64,000 bases of DNA, taken from contig NC_045697.1 in NCBI RefSeq assembly GCF_009834535.1, forward strand, positions 32,366,001 to 32,430,000. Reading direction: 5' to 3'. The notes beneath the pieces were generated by a model. The model saw only the letters and a list, made by a program, of their open reading frames with translations, was not told the DNA's origin and made no database searches. A program made the position numbers and the translations under genes. The stretch is from Camelus ferus. Taxonomy: Eukaryota. Shown here one piece after another: positions 1-12,835 of the stretch. The stretch's first letter is position 1. Every line of letters starts with the position of its first letter.

Positions 1-539
1 GCACTTTGTACTACCCTTATCTCCGCTATCAGCACACTGTACAGCTACTGTACACACTTGCCTCCCCTCCACCCCACAAGCTCCGTGTTCAGTGTTCTAT
101 AAGTCACTCGTGGCTAGCAAGGAGCCTGATGCGTTGCAGTAAATTGAGAATCTGAGCTTTGACAATCACTTTTCATTCAGGGTGGAGAAAAAGAAGGCAA
201 GGGTGTTGAGTGGCCAAATGCTAGTGAGGTGATCTTTATGAGCTAGTGAGCTTTATGAAATATTTGAGCAATTCTAATTCCTAATTTGTTTTTTTCTAGC
301 CTCACTTCTAGTTGTAACTTGAATTCAATGTAGTATTTTTCTATTTTAACAAAAATATAATTTAAGCAGTGAATTTACACAGTCTATGCTTATTAAGAAA
401 ATTCCAAAAAATGAAGAACCCATGTCATTTTTACACTATGAACTGTGGCCCTGAAGTTTATGTATGTTTTCATTGCAAAAAATCATCTGCTCTAGTATTT
501 AAGTGATAAAAACAAAATATTTGAAAGCTATGAGCCAAA

Positions 540-635
540 TATAAAATTATATATAAATGCATGTATATTTTGCAATCATATATGTATGTTTGTGTATATA
601 TGAGTTTGTGTATATGTGTTTGTATGTGTATATAA
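540..635. repeat. (TA/TG)n low-complexity microsatellite
   Basis: Degenerate tatatg/tgtata run. Confidence 0.6.
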
Positions 636-639
636 AATG

Positions 640-750
640 GTACATATTTCACAGGGTCATTGTGAAGATTAAATATAAAGAGCTTTATATAGTGCCTAGA
701 ACACAAAAAATGCTATATAAATTTTGTTAATAGTATGATCATCAATGATT
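640..750 (+). mobile_element. MIR SINE 3' fragment
   Basis: 'cacagggtcattgtgaagattaaa...atagtgcctagaacac...tgctatataaat' resembles the MIR core and 3' end. Confidence 0.55.
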
Positions 751-2599
751 TATAAATCTGTTTCGATTGAGAAAAATGTTTTTTCTCTTCATTCCTTCAG
801 AAAGTAAGAGATAAAATATTATGTTTTAGTCATCAAAGCTACTAGGGTGTAGTGACAGTTTGTGTTTTGGGAGTTATGAGACGAAAGTGGCATCCATGTG
901 AGGTCAAGCCAAAAAAAATTATGCATCAGTGAGTGCAGTCAAAAAGCCATCACCCTGGCATCCTTTGGCCAGAGGAGAGTGTTCTCTCTGGGGTCACACT
1001 CAAGCCGGGGCTTGAACTCCAGTGGCAATCTTTTGTTGGTCTTTTTAAGTTTCAGAATAGCTGCTATGCGTCTCCTGGAACTTAAAACCTTTTTGAGATT
1101 TTCATCTAAAATTAGTTTTCTAGAAAACTCACCCCAGTTTCATTTCTCTTGATGTATTTTTTTTCTTTCCCTCTCAAGCAATTGAGATAAAATTCTAGAA
1201 TTCCAAATATTTTATTACTTCCACAGGTGTCTCTAGCCACACTCTACACCTTTCATTTCTACATTCTCACGAGCATGCTTTTTCTACTATATTTCACTTA
1301 ATGGCGTGTTTGCTCAAAAGACTAAAGACAATGAATGGTCACTATAATAAAAATTTAGTTTAAGGGGAATAAATGTGTTTGAATTCCTGATATTTATATC
1401 TTATGAACTTAAAAGTATATTTTGCAAAATTTGATCATCTTTCCATTTCTTTCCTCCTTAATAAAAATATAGACCCTGAATATAATTTTTTTTATTACCT
1501 TTTATATTCACAATTTTTATATTTCCAAAAACACAGCTGGACTTAACCTACTATTAATTATAAGTTGTACAGTGATTTATAATTTTTAAAGCTCTTTTGT
1601 GCTTTCATTCTTAGAGAGACGTTATGAGATCATCATGTCAGGGAATAATGCCCCACCCTTGTCTTTTTCTAAAATAGGGTAAAAATAGTTAAGCAACTTG
1701 ACAGTGTTAAGCTTCCTAGTAAATATTACACAGTAATTCGGTCTTACATCATCAGTCTCCCAAGTGTATTCACTGCATCATTGTAACCTCCAATGCGGAA
1801 GAGGGCTTAATATAGAGAGATGATTTTGATTTAAAAGTAAAAGTGTACAAAAAGAAATTAAAATCCTAAAATTTAATAATTACCCTTGTCCTAGATTACC
1901 ACTTTGTGTTAACAAGAGGAAGCAGAGTAAGAAGACCCTGCTTCTCCCAGCTTGCCCTTGTGAATTCTGAAATTCATCAGTATTAATGAGAGTCAGAATA
2001 GGAACAGAGGCCCATTTGTCTGGTGTAGTGAGAGATGAAGGAAAAGAGAAAGGAAATTTGAGGTTACCTATTCACCCAGTCTCTCATTCTGGAATCTTGG
2101 CAGGAAGCTGTCCTACGGGTGTTTTCATTCAGGGTGAGTAGGGGTCGAGGGGACCGTGGCCCTTTTGCCCACTGACTGACTTTCGTTAGCACTTTCCTCT
2201 GCCCCCATGCCCTCTTCTCCTGCAAAGAAGAATCCGTTGACCTTCACTGGCCCCCTCAGCACTAGCACTCTAGGTAATAATGACTTGTCTTATCTTCCAT
2301 ATCTATTCAGAGAAACTGGAGTTCTCTTATTAGATCAGCTGCTTTATATTGCTTCAGAAAACCCATTTTAGAAAAAAAAAAAAAAAAAAAGAACTGGGTC
2401 ATTTTTGTGATCAGTTACTGATGACCAGCTCAAAATTTTCTCTGAGGCATACATTCAAAGTGATACATTTAAAGCCAAATTGTATTTAGAATATTTCTGT
2501 TCTATTAATTTTAACTATATAAGCAACACGCTAATTACATTGTCTTTGTTAATATTAAACATGTCATGTAAATCTAACTTTTCTTCATCACAACTTCAG

Positions 2600-3190
2600 T
2601 CTTGGCCCCTTTCTTCCTCCTTTAGAACCAGCTAGAGAAATAACTTCTCATGTGTATCTTCCTAGTATCTTTTTCTCATATTTGTATTGCATAAATGTAC
2701 ATAACTATAGAAAAGAGTATTGTTTTGTTTTTGACATAAAGCCCACTGTTCTGTAATTTGCTGGGCCCCCTCACACTGGACACTATAGCTTAAAAATCTC
2801 TCTATGCTAGAACATAAATATCTACCTCATTCTTTTTTCTATTGTATTTCATAATACAGTATCCTCTTCACTAATTGAATTGAGGTTATTTCCAGTTTTT
2901 ACTCTTACAAGTAAAACTACAAAGCATCCTTGAATATGACTTAAGTTCAGATGCCAGTGTTTTTCAAGAATATGTATGGAGAAGTAAAACTCAGACTGTC
3001 AGGTTCACATAGTCTCATTTGTAACAGATGATACTAAATTTCCCCATAAAGTTACTATCACAAATAATATTCGATTAGCAGTGTTTATTTTCTACAGTCT
3101 GCAGTACATTTGATATAAAACTTCAAATTTTTACCAGTTCGATAAGTGAAAAACTGTTTCAGATTAATTCTTATTACTTTTTCCAAGGTG
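2600..3190 (-). mobile_element. Ancient L1M (L1ME-like) 3' fragment
   Basis: Degenerate antisense L1 3' motifs such as 'tgaggttatttccagttttt...aaagcatccttgaatatg' and 'tttaccagttcgataagtgaaaaa'. Confidence 0.5.
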
Positions 3191-3530
3191 GGATAATCAT
3201 AACGTCCTCTTTAAAATAATTTCATGTGATGCATTAGGTAAAACTCAAGTTGATACGTTAATTTTTTCTTTATTTCTAGTTCATTGTATTGCGCAGTCAG
3301 ATGCCCTGGCTCAGGAACTGCTTTAAGACTCTTACTAGGGTAGAACACCCTCCTCTCACCACTGTTAATTGGTTTTTGAATCTGATTACTGATACAAATT
3401 GGATCAATAGTAAAAACACTAAGCAATTTATTTCATTTTCACAGTCCATTGCCAAGAAAAAAAAAAAAAAAGAAAACAGCTGATAAGTTCCCATGAAACC
3501 AAGAGGTTGTTCATCCTCTTAAGGAACAAG

Positions 3531-3532
<2 letters not shown>

Positions 3533-3562
<30 letters not shown>
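3533..3562 (+). repeat. A30 homopolymer
   Basis: 30 consecutive A; a second run of A15 lies at 3457-3471. Confidence 0.95.
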
Positions 3563-3565
<3 letters not shown>

Positions 3566-4304
3566 TAAGCGGACATAACTGACAACTTGTTAAAGAAGCC
3601 TTTCCTTCGAGTCAGTTGCTCAGGTCTGGGGTTGTGGGAAGTGTGTGAGCATATTCAGGCTCTCCCTGCACTTGCTATTGTATGTGGCTATCTGCTTTTA
3701 GTTAGGATAAAAGCCAGAGGTGAGCTTCAGGGCCTGGCAATTCCTGGGCTTGAACAATCAAATCGAGTTATTTTTAGCTCCAAGGATACACACACAGCTT
3801 CAGTGGCGGTGCTGCGATAGTGATAAAGAGGCCCAGTGGCCCAGAGATTCAGGCTTTGGAGCAGGAATAAAAAGAAAAGCCCTATCTCAACAGAGTGTCA
3901 GCGAAAGATGTGCTGAACTCTTCATTATCCACAGCGGTGCCAGCGCAGGGGAGCGGAAGTGGGCTCTGAAGTGCGTTCCGTGGACCAGCGTTCTAGTGGT
4001 ATGTCGTAGTATTTATCCCCGGGAAAAGAAGGATGCATTTTATAACGGCAAGTGCTTTTCGCTGAATGAATGAATGATGTGGCTCCATAGTTGAGTTATT
4101 AAACCATGCTGAAATTGACACCAAAGAGTATATAAGCATTTTCATGTCATAGACCCTAGCCAGGTGGCTTTGTGTGAGAATTTAATCTCTAATTTTTTAT
4201 TTACTCGTGTGTAAAATAGAGTTACTAATATGTCGCTGACAACTATGAGAGTCAGAAGAGCATGTAAATGTCATGTTGGGAAATCTCTCGACTACAGTTA
4301 TGGA

Positions 4305-4620
4305 TTTGTTCATTTATTAATCTAGTCAACAAATGGCTGTGAAGTATATAGTATGTTCCAGGAAAATATATATATATATTTACTTATTTGGATAAATGCT
4401 GGGAAGGAATGTAGGCTTAGCTATTATGTCAACCCGGAGCGAGGATCCTTACCCTAGAGGATGAATGCAAGGTAACTGAAGAGATTGATAAAGCAAGAGC
4501 CGGAAGATGAGCTCAAGTTATTGGAGCTAAGGGTCTGGGGGTGAAGAGGGCAGAAGCAGAGCAGCATTTCATGTAGAGAAAAAGAGCATGTGAAATGCCT
4601 TAGGTAAAAAAATTTACTAA
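4305..4620 (-). mobile_element. L2 LINE 3' fragment
   Basis: 'catttattaatctagtcaacaaat...tatgttccagg' and 'gcatttcatgtagagaaaaagagcatgtgaaatgcc' match the antisense L2 3' region. Confidence 0.55.
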
Positions 4621-5069
4621 CTAGGAAGTTCCTAGAGCTTTTTAGTTATGTTTACGGTACGTTCCAACTCATATAATAAAATATACGTGTAATATAATTC
4701 AGGATATTTGTTCTAAAAGCCTTCATTTTAGAAAAAGAATATTAAAATGAGCTACTTCTTACTTGTATTACTTTGTTCTGGTGGCAGATGGAAGGCTTCT
4801 AATATCCTTAATTTATTTTCTGTTTTTACTCAGCAGTTTTATATGTACATATGTGCATTTGTTCTGTTTCTTAAAAACAAAAAATAAAATACCCTTTAGC
4901 ACCTCCAGCCTATCTTCAGTAATAGCTGTATCTACAGCAGACTTAATTGGTCCCTTTCCCAAATGAAAACTTACATATAATTTTATAGGCATATTGAGTT
5001 AGTAATTCTAGTTGTATTCCTTTAACTACTATGTTACACAGGCCACTTTGTTCTTAGATACCTAATTAA

Positions 5070-5720
5070 AATATTTTTTTTCTGAGTGTAAAAATAATAG
5101 AGATATTATAGAACACTGATATGAGGCTAAAAATATAACATATTAAGTAAAGGTCGCATATACTACCACCCACCCAGAGTTAATGTTACTAACATTTTAG
5201 AGCACACATACATTTACAATCTTTATTTTTGTCCTAAACAAATATGTGTACTTAAGCAAAATGGAGATTGTTTGGAATATGCATGAAAGTATTAACCTCT
5301 TTCTAATATCTATAATATTTCTCCTGTTAAATATTTCTTAGAACTATTTTAATATCTAAAAAATACTTAACGAAGTTTAGCTAAACACGAAGCTCATTTA
5401 AAAATCTACCTAGTGATGAATATTTAAGTAGTCTCAGCTTCTTACTAATTTAAACAATGCTGTCATAAATCTCCATGTACATGAATGTTTGTTTGTTCCT
5501 GGCAATTCCTAGAAATTTAATTGCTAGACTAAAAATAATAATCTTGATACATATTGCCAAATTACCTCCCAGAAATAATACATAAATTTATGTTTCTACC
5601 AATAATGTCTTTGTGTTTTCACATATTTAACAGTAGGTAGTCACTTGTTTTAAAATTCCTCTGCCATTATGTTAGACTTCAGAATATATTCTTAAATTTC
5701 AATTTCTTGGATTAAAAGAC
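5070..5720 (-). mobile_element. Ancient L1M (L1ME-like) 3' fragment, interrupted by a younger L1 and resuming at about 7410-7600
   Basis: 'aaacaatgctgtcataaatctccatgtacat...tattgccaaattacctcccagaaa' are typical antisense L1ME motifs. Confidence 0.55.
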
Positions 5721-5724
5721 TAAA

Positions 5725-7410
5725 TTTAATTTTTGACATACAAAAGGTGTGCATAATTACCATATAAAACTTTGAGTTTGGAAATAAGTCTACACTGAAA
5801 CCATTCACCACAATCTATGCCATAAACCTACCCACAACTACAGAAGTTTCTTCCCAACATATTATAATTATAATTTTTTATGATAAGAACAGTTAACATA
5901 AGATTTACACTCTTAGCAATGTATTGCATACTTAATACTTTGCTGACTTGTAAGCATTATGATGTACAGTAAATTTCTAGGACTTCTTCATTTTGTATAA
6001 ACAAACTTTTTGTACTTGTCTAATATCTCCCCATTTACCCCTAACCTCAACCTGTGGAAACCCCCATTCTACTATGTCTCTGTGGATTTCACTATTTTGG
6101 ATTCCTCGTATAAGTGGTATTTGTCCTCCTGTGTCGGGCTTATTTCACTTAGCATAATGTCCTCCAGGTTCATCTATGTTGTAACAAATGGCAGAATTTC
6201 CTTTTTATGGCTGAATAATATTCCATTTTATTTAACCATTTATTCATTGTAAACACTTAGATTATTTCCACATCTTGGCTATTGTGACTAGTGCTGCAGT
6301 GAACGTGGGGGTCCTAATATCTTTTTGAGATTCTGACTTCAGTTATTTTGGATAAATACTCAGAAATGGGATATAGGACCGCCAGATCATACAGTGGTTA
6401 CATCATGTTTTTTGAGGACTCTACATACTGTTTTCCACAGTGGTTGAACCAGTTTACATTCCCACCAATAGTGACCAGGTATTCTAATATCTCCACATTA
6501 TTTCCAACATTTGTTGTTTTTTGTTGTTGGTGGTATTATTTTAATAGCCGCCCTAACAGCTGTAAGGTAATATTATGATTTTGATTTGCATTTCCCGATG
6601 ATTAGTGTTTGGTATTTGTCTGTCATCTTTGGAGAAACATCTATTCAGTTCCTTTGCCCATTTTTGAATTGGATTATTTATTAATTTTTGCTATTGAGTT
6701 GAGGTGTTCCTTATGTATTTTGGATATTACCCCTTTATCAGATATATGGTCTATAAATATTTTATCCCATTCTATAGGTTCTTTCATTTTGTTGGTTGTT
6801 TCCTGTGTTTTGCAGATGCTTTTTGGTTTGTATGATCTTACTTTTTTATTTTTGCTTTTGTTTGTCTGTGTTTTGATGTCATATCCTAGAAATAATTGCT
6901 TATGTCAATATCAAGACACTTTCTCTTTTAGGAAATTTATAATTGGGGATCTTATACTTAAGTCTTTAATCCATTTGAGTTCATTTTTGGGTTTGGTGTA
7001 GATATCCACTTTCCCAACACTGTTTATTAAAGACAATATTCTTTCCCCATTGTGTCTTCTTGGCACCATTGTGAAAAATGAGTTTGCTGAATATGCCTAG
7101 GTTTATTTCTAGGCTGTCTGATCAGTTCCTTTGGTCTATGTGTCTTTTTATGCCCATGGTCTACTATGTTGATTACTGAAGCATTGTAAAATATTATGAA
7201 ATTAGGAAAAGTGATGCCTCTATCTTTATTCGTTTTCAAGGTTTTTACTTTGGCCATGCAGGGTGTTTTGTGATTTCATATGAATTTTAGGATTGTTCTT
7301 TCTATTTCTGTAAAGAACACCTTTGGGATTTTGATGGGAATAGCATTGAATCTGTAGATCACTTTGGTTAATGTGGACATTTTACTAATATTAATTCTTC
7401 CAGTCTATGA
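5725..7410 (-). mobile_element. L1MA-type LINE-1 (L1MA8/9-like), 5'-truncated and degenerate
   Basis: 3'UTR 'gataagaacagttaacataagatttacactcttagcaa' and 'cttatttcacttagcataatgtcctccaggttcatc'; ORF 7027..7257 (GITFPNFIIFYNASVI) is a decayed ORF2 GITLPDFKLYYKATVI segment. Confidence 0.85.
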
Positions 7411-7619
7411 ATGTTTATTTGTGAAGACTGACTGACTTTCCCCCTGTATTTATTTTTGCTTATATATGTTCTTTTGTGAGTTTTCTGTTATTTTCCCACT
7501 TTTCTTTCTGCTACTCATAATACTCTTATTGACTTATGAGTCCTGTACAGACAGAAGCTTTTAACATTTTTGTGTGCTATATTTGCAGAAAATGGTATTC
7601 TTAGTTATTGATTTTTGGT

Positions 7620-7918
7620 ACTACAAATTGGGAAAGGAAGGACTGGTTGATAGATGGGGATAATAAACTATTTTGGTAAGAGTCCAGGGAGAAGAAGTTG
7701 AAGTGGGTGTTAAACCTTTACTCTGTACATTCACAGAAGTTCACTTCAGGTGAATCGAAGAGGTAAATGTAAAAGAAAATAAATTCATTAAATTAAGAAA
7801 TCATAGGATAGTATCTTTGATCTAGAACTGGTGAAAGCCTTTTTAAGCATAAAGGGAATTAGAGAAATTTATAAGGAAAAAATTAAATTTGGCCACAGTA
7901 AAAAAAAAAAAAAAAAAA
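7620..7918 (+). mobile_element. Old L1 ORF2 fragment followed by A19
   Basis: 'tcacttcaggtgaatcgaagaggtaaatgtaaaa...cataggatagtatctttgatctag' resembles sense-strand L1 ORF2. Confidence 0.45.
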
Positions 7919-8231
7919 GAGCCTATAGGTATAATATTCTTTTAAAAGATTTCTAATAGGAAATGACTTAAATATAAAGTCATAATAATGGTAGAACCAA
8001 ACAACATACAAATACTATCTCTTTTCTGTAATCAGTACTTTAATCTCATACTCTTAAAATGTAGAACCATTTTTTTTTTCCTCTTTGGTAATTTGTTTAT
8101 CAGCATCAAATAATAATATTTATTAAATAGCAACATGAACTCTTTTATATTTTTAAACAAAAATATTTACAGTTGAAATCACCCCCATGGGTGATTTTTG
8201 CTTGTTTTAGTTGATTTTCTTATGATCTCAT

Positions 8232-9388
8232 TCTTTCTTTCTTTTTTTCAACATTTTTTTATTGAGTAATAGTCATTTTACAATGTTGTGTCAAATTCCA
8301 GTGTAGAGCACAATTTTTCAATTATACATGAACATACATATATTCATTGTCACATTTTTTTTTTTTTTTGCTGTGAGCTACCACAAGATCTTGTTTATAT
8401 TTCCCTGTGCTATACAGTATATTCTTGTTTATGTAGTCTACATTTTGAAGTCCCAATCTGTCCCTTCCCACCCCTAGCCCCCTTGGCAACCACGAGTTTG
8501 TATTCTGTGTCTATGAGTCTGTTTCTGTTTTGTATTTATGTTCTTTTTTAGATTCCACATATGAGAGATCTCATATGGTATTTTTCTTTCTCTTTCTGGC
8601 TTACTTCACTTAGAATGACATTCTCCAGGGACATCCATGTTGCTGCAAATGGCGTTATGTTGTAGGTTTTTATGGTTGAGTAGTATTCCATTGTATAAAT
8701 ATACCGCTTCTTTATCCAGTCATCTGTTGATGGACATTTAGGCTGTTTCCATGTCTTGGCTATTGTAAATAGTGCTGCTATGAATATTGGGGTGCAGGTG
8801 CCTTTCTGAAGTAGGGTTCCTTCTGGATATATGCCCAGGAGTGGGATGACTGGGTCATACAGTAAGTCTATTCCTAGTCTTTTGAGGAATCTCCATACTG
8901 TTTTCCAAAGTGGCTGCACCAAACTGCATTCCCACCAGCAGTGTAGGAGGGTTCCCTTTTCTCCACAGCATCTCCAGCATTTGTCATTTGTGGACTTTGG
9001 AATGATGGCCATTCTGGCTGGTGTGAGGTGATACCTCATTGTAGTTTTGATTTGCATTTCTCTGATAATTAGTGATATTGAGCATTTTTTCGTGTGCCTA
9101 TTGATCATTTGTATGTCTTCCTTGGCGAATTGCTTGTTTAGGTCTTCTGCCCATTTTTGGATTGGGTTGTTTGATTTTTTCTTATTAAGTTGTATGAGCT
9201 GCTTATATATTCTGAAGATCAAGTCTTTGTCGGTTTCATTTCCAAAAATTTTCTCCCATTCGGTAGGTTGTCATTTTGTTTTATTTATGGTTTCCTTTGC
9301 TGTGCAAAAGCTTGTAAGTTTAATTAGGTCCTATTTGTTTATTCTTGATTTTATTTCTATTGCTTGGGTAGACTGTCCTAGGAGAACA
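8232..9388 (-). mobile_element. Young lineage-specific LINE-1, 5'-truncated (ORF2 C-terminus, 3'UTR, A-rich tail)
   Basis: Open 224-aa ORF2 C-terminus; camelid-type 3'UTR; A-rich tail at 8232-8248; TSD AGAACCATTTTT at 8063-8074 and 9389-9400. Confidence 0.95.
8548..9222 (-). pseudogene. LINE-1 ORF2p C-terminal fragment with the cysteine-rich CCHC region; not a functional CDS
   Basis: [51 protein letters not shown] and [15 protein letters not shown] are hallmark ORF2p motifs; the endonuclease and RT domains are absent. Confidence 0.93.
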
Positions 9389-9639
9389 AGAACCATTTTT
9401 ATAGTAAGATGTAATTCAAATATAATTGGAATTTCATATGTAAGAATGGCAATCCTTTAGAAGTAAACTTATATTTTGGTAGTGGTTTATTAAAGAAAGA
9501 TACTGCCTTTCTTGTTGGCCTGGGCTTACTTCCAGAGAGCCCTTCTTCTGTTTGGCTTCTCTGGTGCTGAAGCACAGAGGATAGTGCCTACCATGGAGCC
9601 CACACTAATGTCACCCGTCTCCTCTGATGACTGATGACC

Positions 9640-10020
9640 AGAGCCCCAGTGTATTTCTTAGGCTCAAGGCTGATGTTCCTAGTTGCATATTAGAGCACCA
9701 CCCCTGGATGTAAATTAATATGTCCCAAAGAGAAGTGATCATTCTTCCGCTCTAACTTGCTCCTCCTTTGTTATTTCTCTCTGTTAATGATACCATTGAT
9801 CACGTAGATTCCTGTTCTCATTGTCCTTCTGCACTCCCCCTTGTGGACCATTGCACAGATCTAATTACTTCTCAATAATCATTTGTGATTCCATTTTAGG
9901 AACCTCCCAATTTTCTTCTTTTCATTTTTTAATGGTATTTATCGAGTTTGGTCACGTCTCATTGAACACTTCATTCTTCCAAGAACTTGCAAATTTGTCT
10001 TTTTATCTCTTTTCTTTCCC
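9640..10020 (+). mobile_element. L2 LINE fragment
   Basis: 'cccctggatgtaaattaatatgtcccaaag...cttgctcctcct...ctgttaatgataccatt' resembles sense L2. Confidence 0.5.
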
Positions 10021-11429
10021 TTGTTCCAAAAGGGAGTTAGATGCTCAAAAGATATCTATAAAGAAAGCTTCCTTGTGTATTCTGGAACATTCACAACTAT
10101 GAAGACAACTTTAAGAAAATGTGCTCTTTATACATCTCATTCAAACCTCCAGATCCCCTCACACATATTTTTTTTTAATCTTGGAAATTGTAAGTGTTTT
10201 TCCAAGCAGAAGTGGTTCTGCCAAGTAAGATGTAAGAGATGTATTAAAGGAATGACTGGGTGCCTGCCAATGATTGTGAAGGGCGAGAGGAGGGGAACAT
10301 GAGAGGAAAGTTAATAGTATTCATCCTTTCCTCTACCTCCTGCTCAACTTTCATCTCTTCCCTCTTCTTTTTGGTCTTACACTTAACTCTTTAGATCAAG
10401 GAATGTAATTGTCTATACTCAGGACACTGGAAAGGGTTTAGATATAAATAAGCTGAAATTTAGCCAAATGTGGATCAAATACTGAAATGAGCCACTAAAA
10501 CCAAGAAAATCTTTTAAATTACTTATACGTTGTCTTTTTATCTTTAGATTTGCCATAATCAGGTACTTCACAGATACAACTTCTCTTAAATAAGCTGTTT
10601 TTCTCCCCAAAGTAAGTCCACCCACCATGATTTTGCAGTGAAATTATTAGTAGAATAAAGAAGGGAGTATATATTTAAATACAGTTAAATCTTTCAAATC
10701 ATATAGTTTCTTACTTATAAAGGCTTTTGGCTTATAAATATATCAAATTCTTTATAAACTAAACAACTTGATAGTTTGTCATATAGATGTAATTAAAATG
10801 AAATGGTTAATAATTTTCATTTATTACTCTATACTGGAGATTTTTCCTCTAAAATGGGAAGTAATGCTCAGTTTGATACAAACTTCTTAATAATAAAATT
10901 ATTAATTATCTTGTATGAGTTTCTGTGGAATTTTTTAAGATAGAGTATCTAGACTTTCTTAAGAACAAATATGTTTGACAAAAAGAGGAAAGTGAAAATT
11001 TCCTTCAGAATAAAACTTAGAATTAATAGGATGTGATATTATTAAAGAATTTTTGTTTGGCATGTTTCAAAAGTGTATTTCTTTGGGGCAGCCACCCTAT
11101 GAACATTGAGGAACTTAAGACAATCTCTCAAAGTATTTTATAGGAAGGAGGTCCCCCTTGCCTCTACCTAATAACTGGCCTTTGGTATTGTCTTAAAAGA
11201 ATGGGGCTAAGCTGTCTTTTGCTTTTGTTCTTTGAGTCTCATGTTCTCATCATGATTGTGACAGGGTTTAATTTCCTCTAAGTCCTATAATAAAGCAAAA
11301 AAGGGAAGAGAAGCAAAAAATCATACAGAAGGAAAAACAATCTTTCATTTCCTTCTTAATACATACAGAACTATAGGGATTCATTTAGAAGCCCGATGGG
11401 AAATTCAATATAAGAAGGTATTTAAATAG

Positions 11430-11432
<3 letters not shown>

Positions 11433-11460
<28 letters not shown>
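11433..11460. repeat. (AT)n microsatellite
   Basis: Perfect AT dinucleotide run of about 14 units. Confidence 0.95.
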
Positions 11461-11467
<7 letters not shown>

Positions 11468-11469
11468 CT

Positions 11470-11600
11470 GAATAACTACCACTTATTGAGGACCTGCTTT
11501 GTGCCCAGCACCATGCTGAGTACTTCACAGACAACATCTCTGTTAATCCTACCACAATTCTTTTCAATGCATTATGAAAGAAAAATGAGTATATGGCACC
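11470..11600 (-). mobile_element. MIR SINE fragment
   Basis: 'acttattgaggacctgctttgtgcccagcaccatgctgagtacttcacagacaacatctctgttaatcct'. Confidence 0.7.
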
Positions 11601-12604
11601 TAATAAAACAAATGAACTATACATTCAAATGATTTATTTAACTACACTTAGGGCAGTTATTGAATACCTCTATGCCAAGACTAGAAAAGTAGTCTGCCAT
11701 GGTCCTCTGGTTCTTGAGAAAAAAATTATCGCAAAGAAAAACAAAGTTGTCGGTTGAATTTCAGCATAGGCAAGGAAAAGCAGACCTGGAAAAAACTGAA
11801 ATGCTTTTTTTTCAACCGCCACCCCTGACTTTATCTGCCCAGCTCCCAGCTTCACACTGAACTCACCCTGATCTCCCCGTAGTAGAACTCCTGTCCGATA
11901 ACTCCACCCCCTGAGTTCCCTCTTCACAGCACCTTCATGAAGCTTGTCTGCTCTGTGTCCTATTCTGTTAAAGCACTTTTACCTACCATTAACTGTGCCA
12001 GTGAACTAACTGGACAAACTAATCCTTGCTTTTGTGTTAGCAAGAAACAATAGCTTATAAGATATCCCTCCCAGGTAACAGGTAGCTTTCTCACTGAGTT
12101 CCTCTTGCCAGAGTGTCAAAGTATTTCTAGGAACCAAGAAAGGATGGTAAGGGAGCAACTTGAGGGCAGAGTAAAGTGGGCATTAAGTTTTCTTTAGACT
12201 CGCTTGTACATTGTTCACTGGGTTAATTGCCTTTCCTTGATTCAACAAGCATAGCAGCTTTCAAGTGCAAGGCTGGCTTTACGTGCTGGGGGCATAATGG
12301 TGAATAAGACTGCATTGCCCTTACACAGGCCCCACCGAGGTCTGGTAGATAGTTCTGTAAAGTGCTCAGAGGTGAATAAGATACAGACTCTATGCTCAAG
12401 AAATCTGCAGTCCCAGAAGCCATAGCTAAGATAGTTTGATGATGCTTTTTCTTCTTTATTTGTAGAGTTGGTCTTACATGGCATCAACACTGACCTCTAC
12501 TTGCTCTTTAACAAAACACACTGAGGGCTGTTGAACCAGAACACCCAAATGTGCTTTACAAAACTGTCTTCTATGATCACTCTGTTAGGAATATAAATCT
12601 AAAG

Positions 12605-12835
12605 TAAGGTTCACAAACTTAAATATGCATAAGGACCCAATGGTTAAAAAAAAAATCCAGTGATATCAACTGACTATAAGACAAGATGGGCTGATGGGGA
12701 CTGTGTTACATTAAAAAATATGTATATTATTTAATGACATTCAAATACAAAGCTTAGAAACACAGTGCCAGCCAACTGAAGCACAACCGAGAATCCCAGA
12801 ATTTGATCTCCACGTCACTACCCTTTTATCTCTGA
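12605..12835 (+). mobile_element. hAT-Charlie DNA transposon fossil (MER102-like)
   Basis: 'tcacaaacttaaatatgc...taagacaagatgggctgatggggactgtg...aaacacagtgccagccaactgaagcaca'. Confidence 0.5.

Noticed and set aside
170..2136. 15-bp direct repeat TTTTCATTCAGGGTG at 170-184 and 2122-2136 as a TSD
   Set aside because: No element, tail or termini lie between the copies; most likely coincidence.
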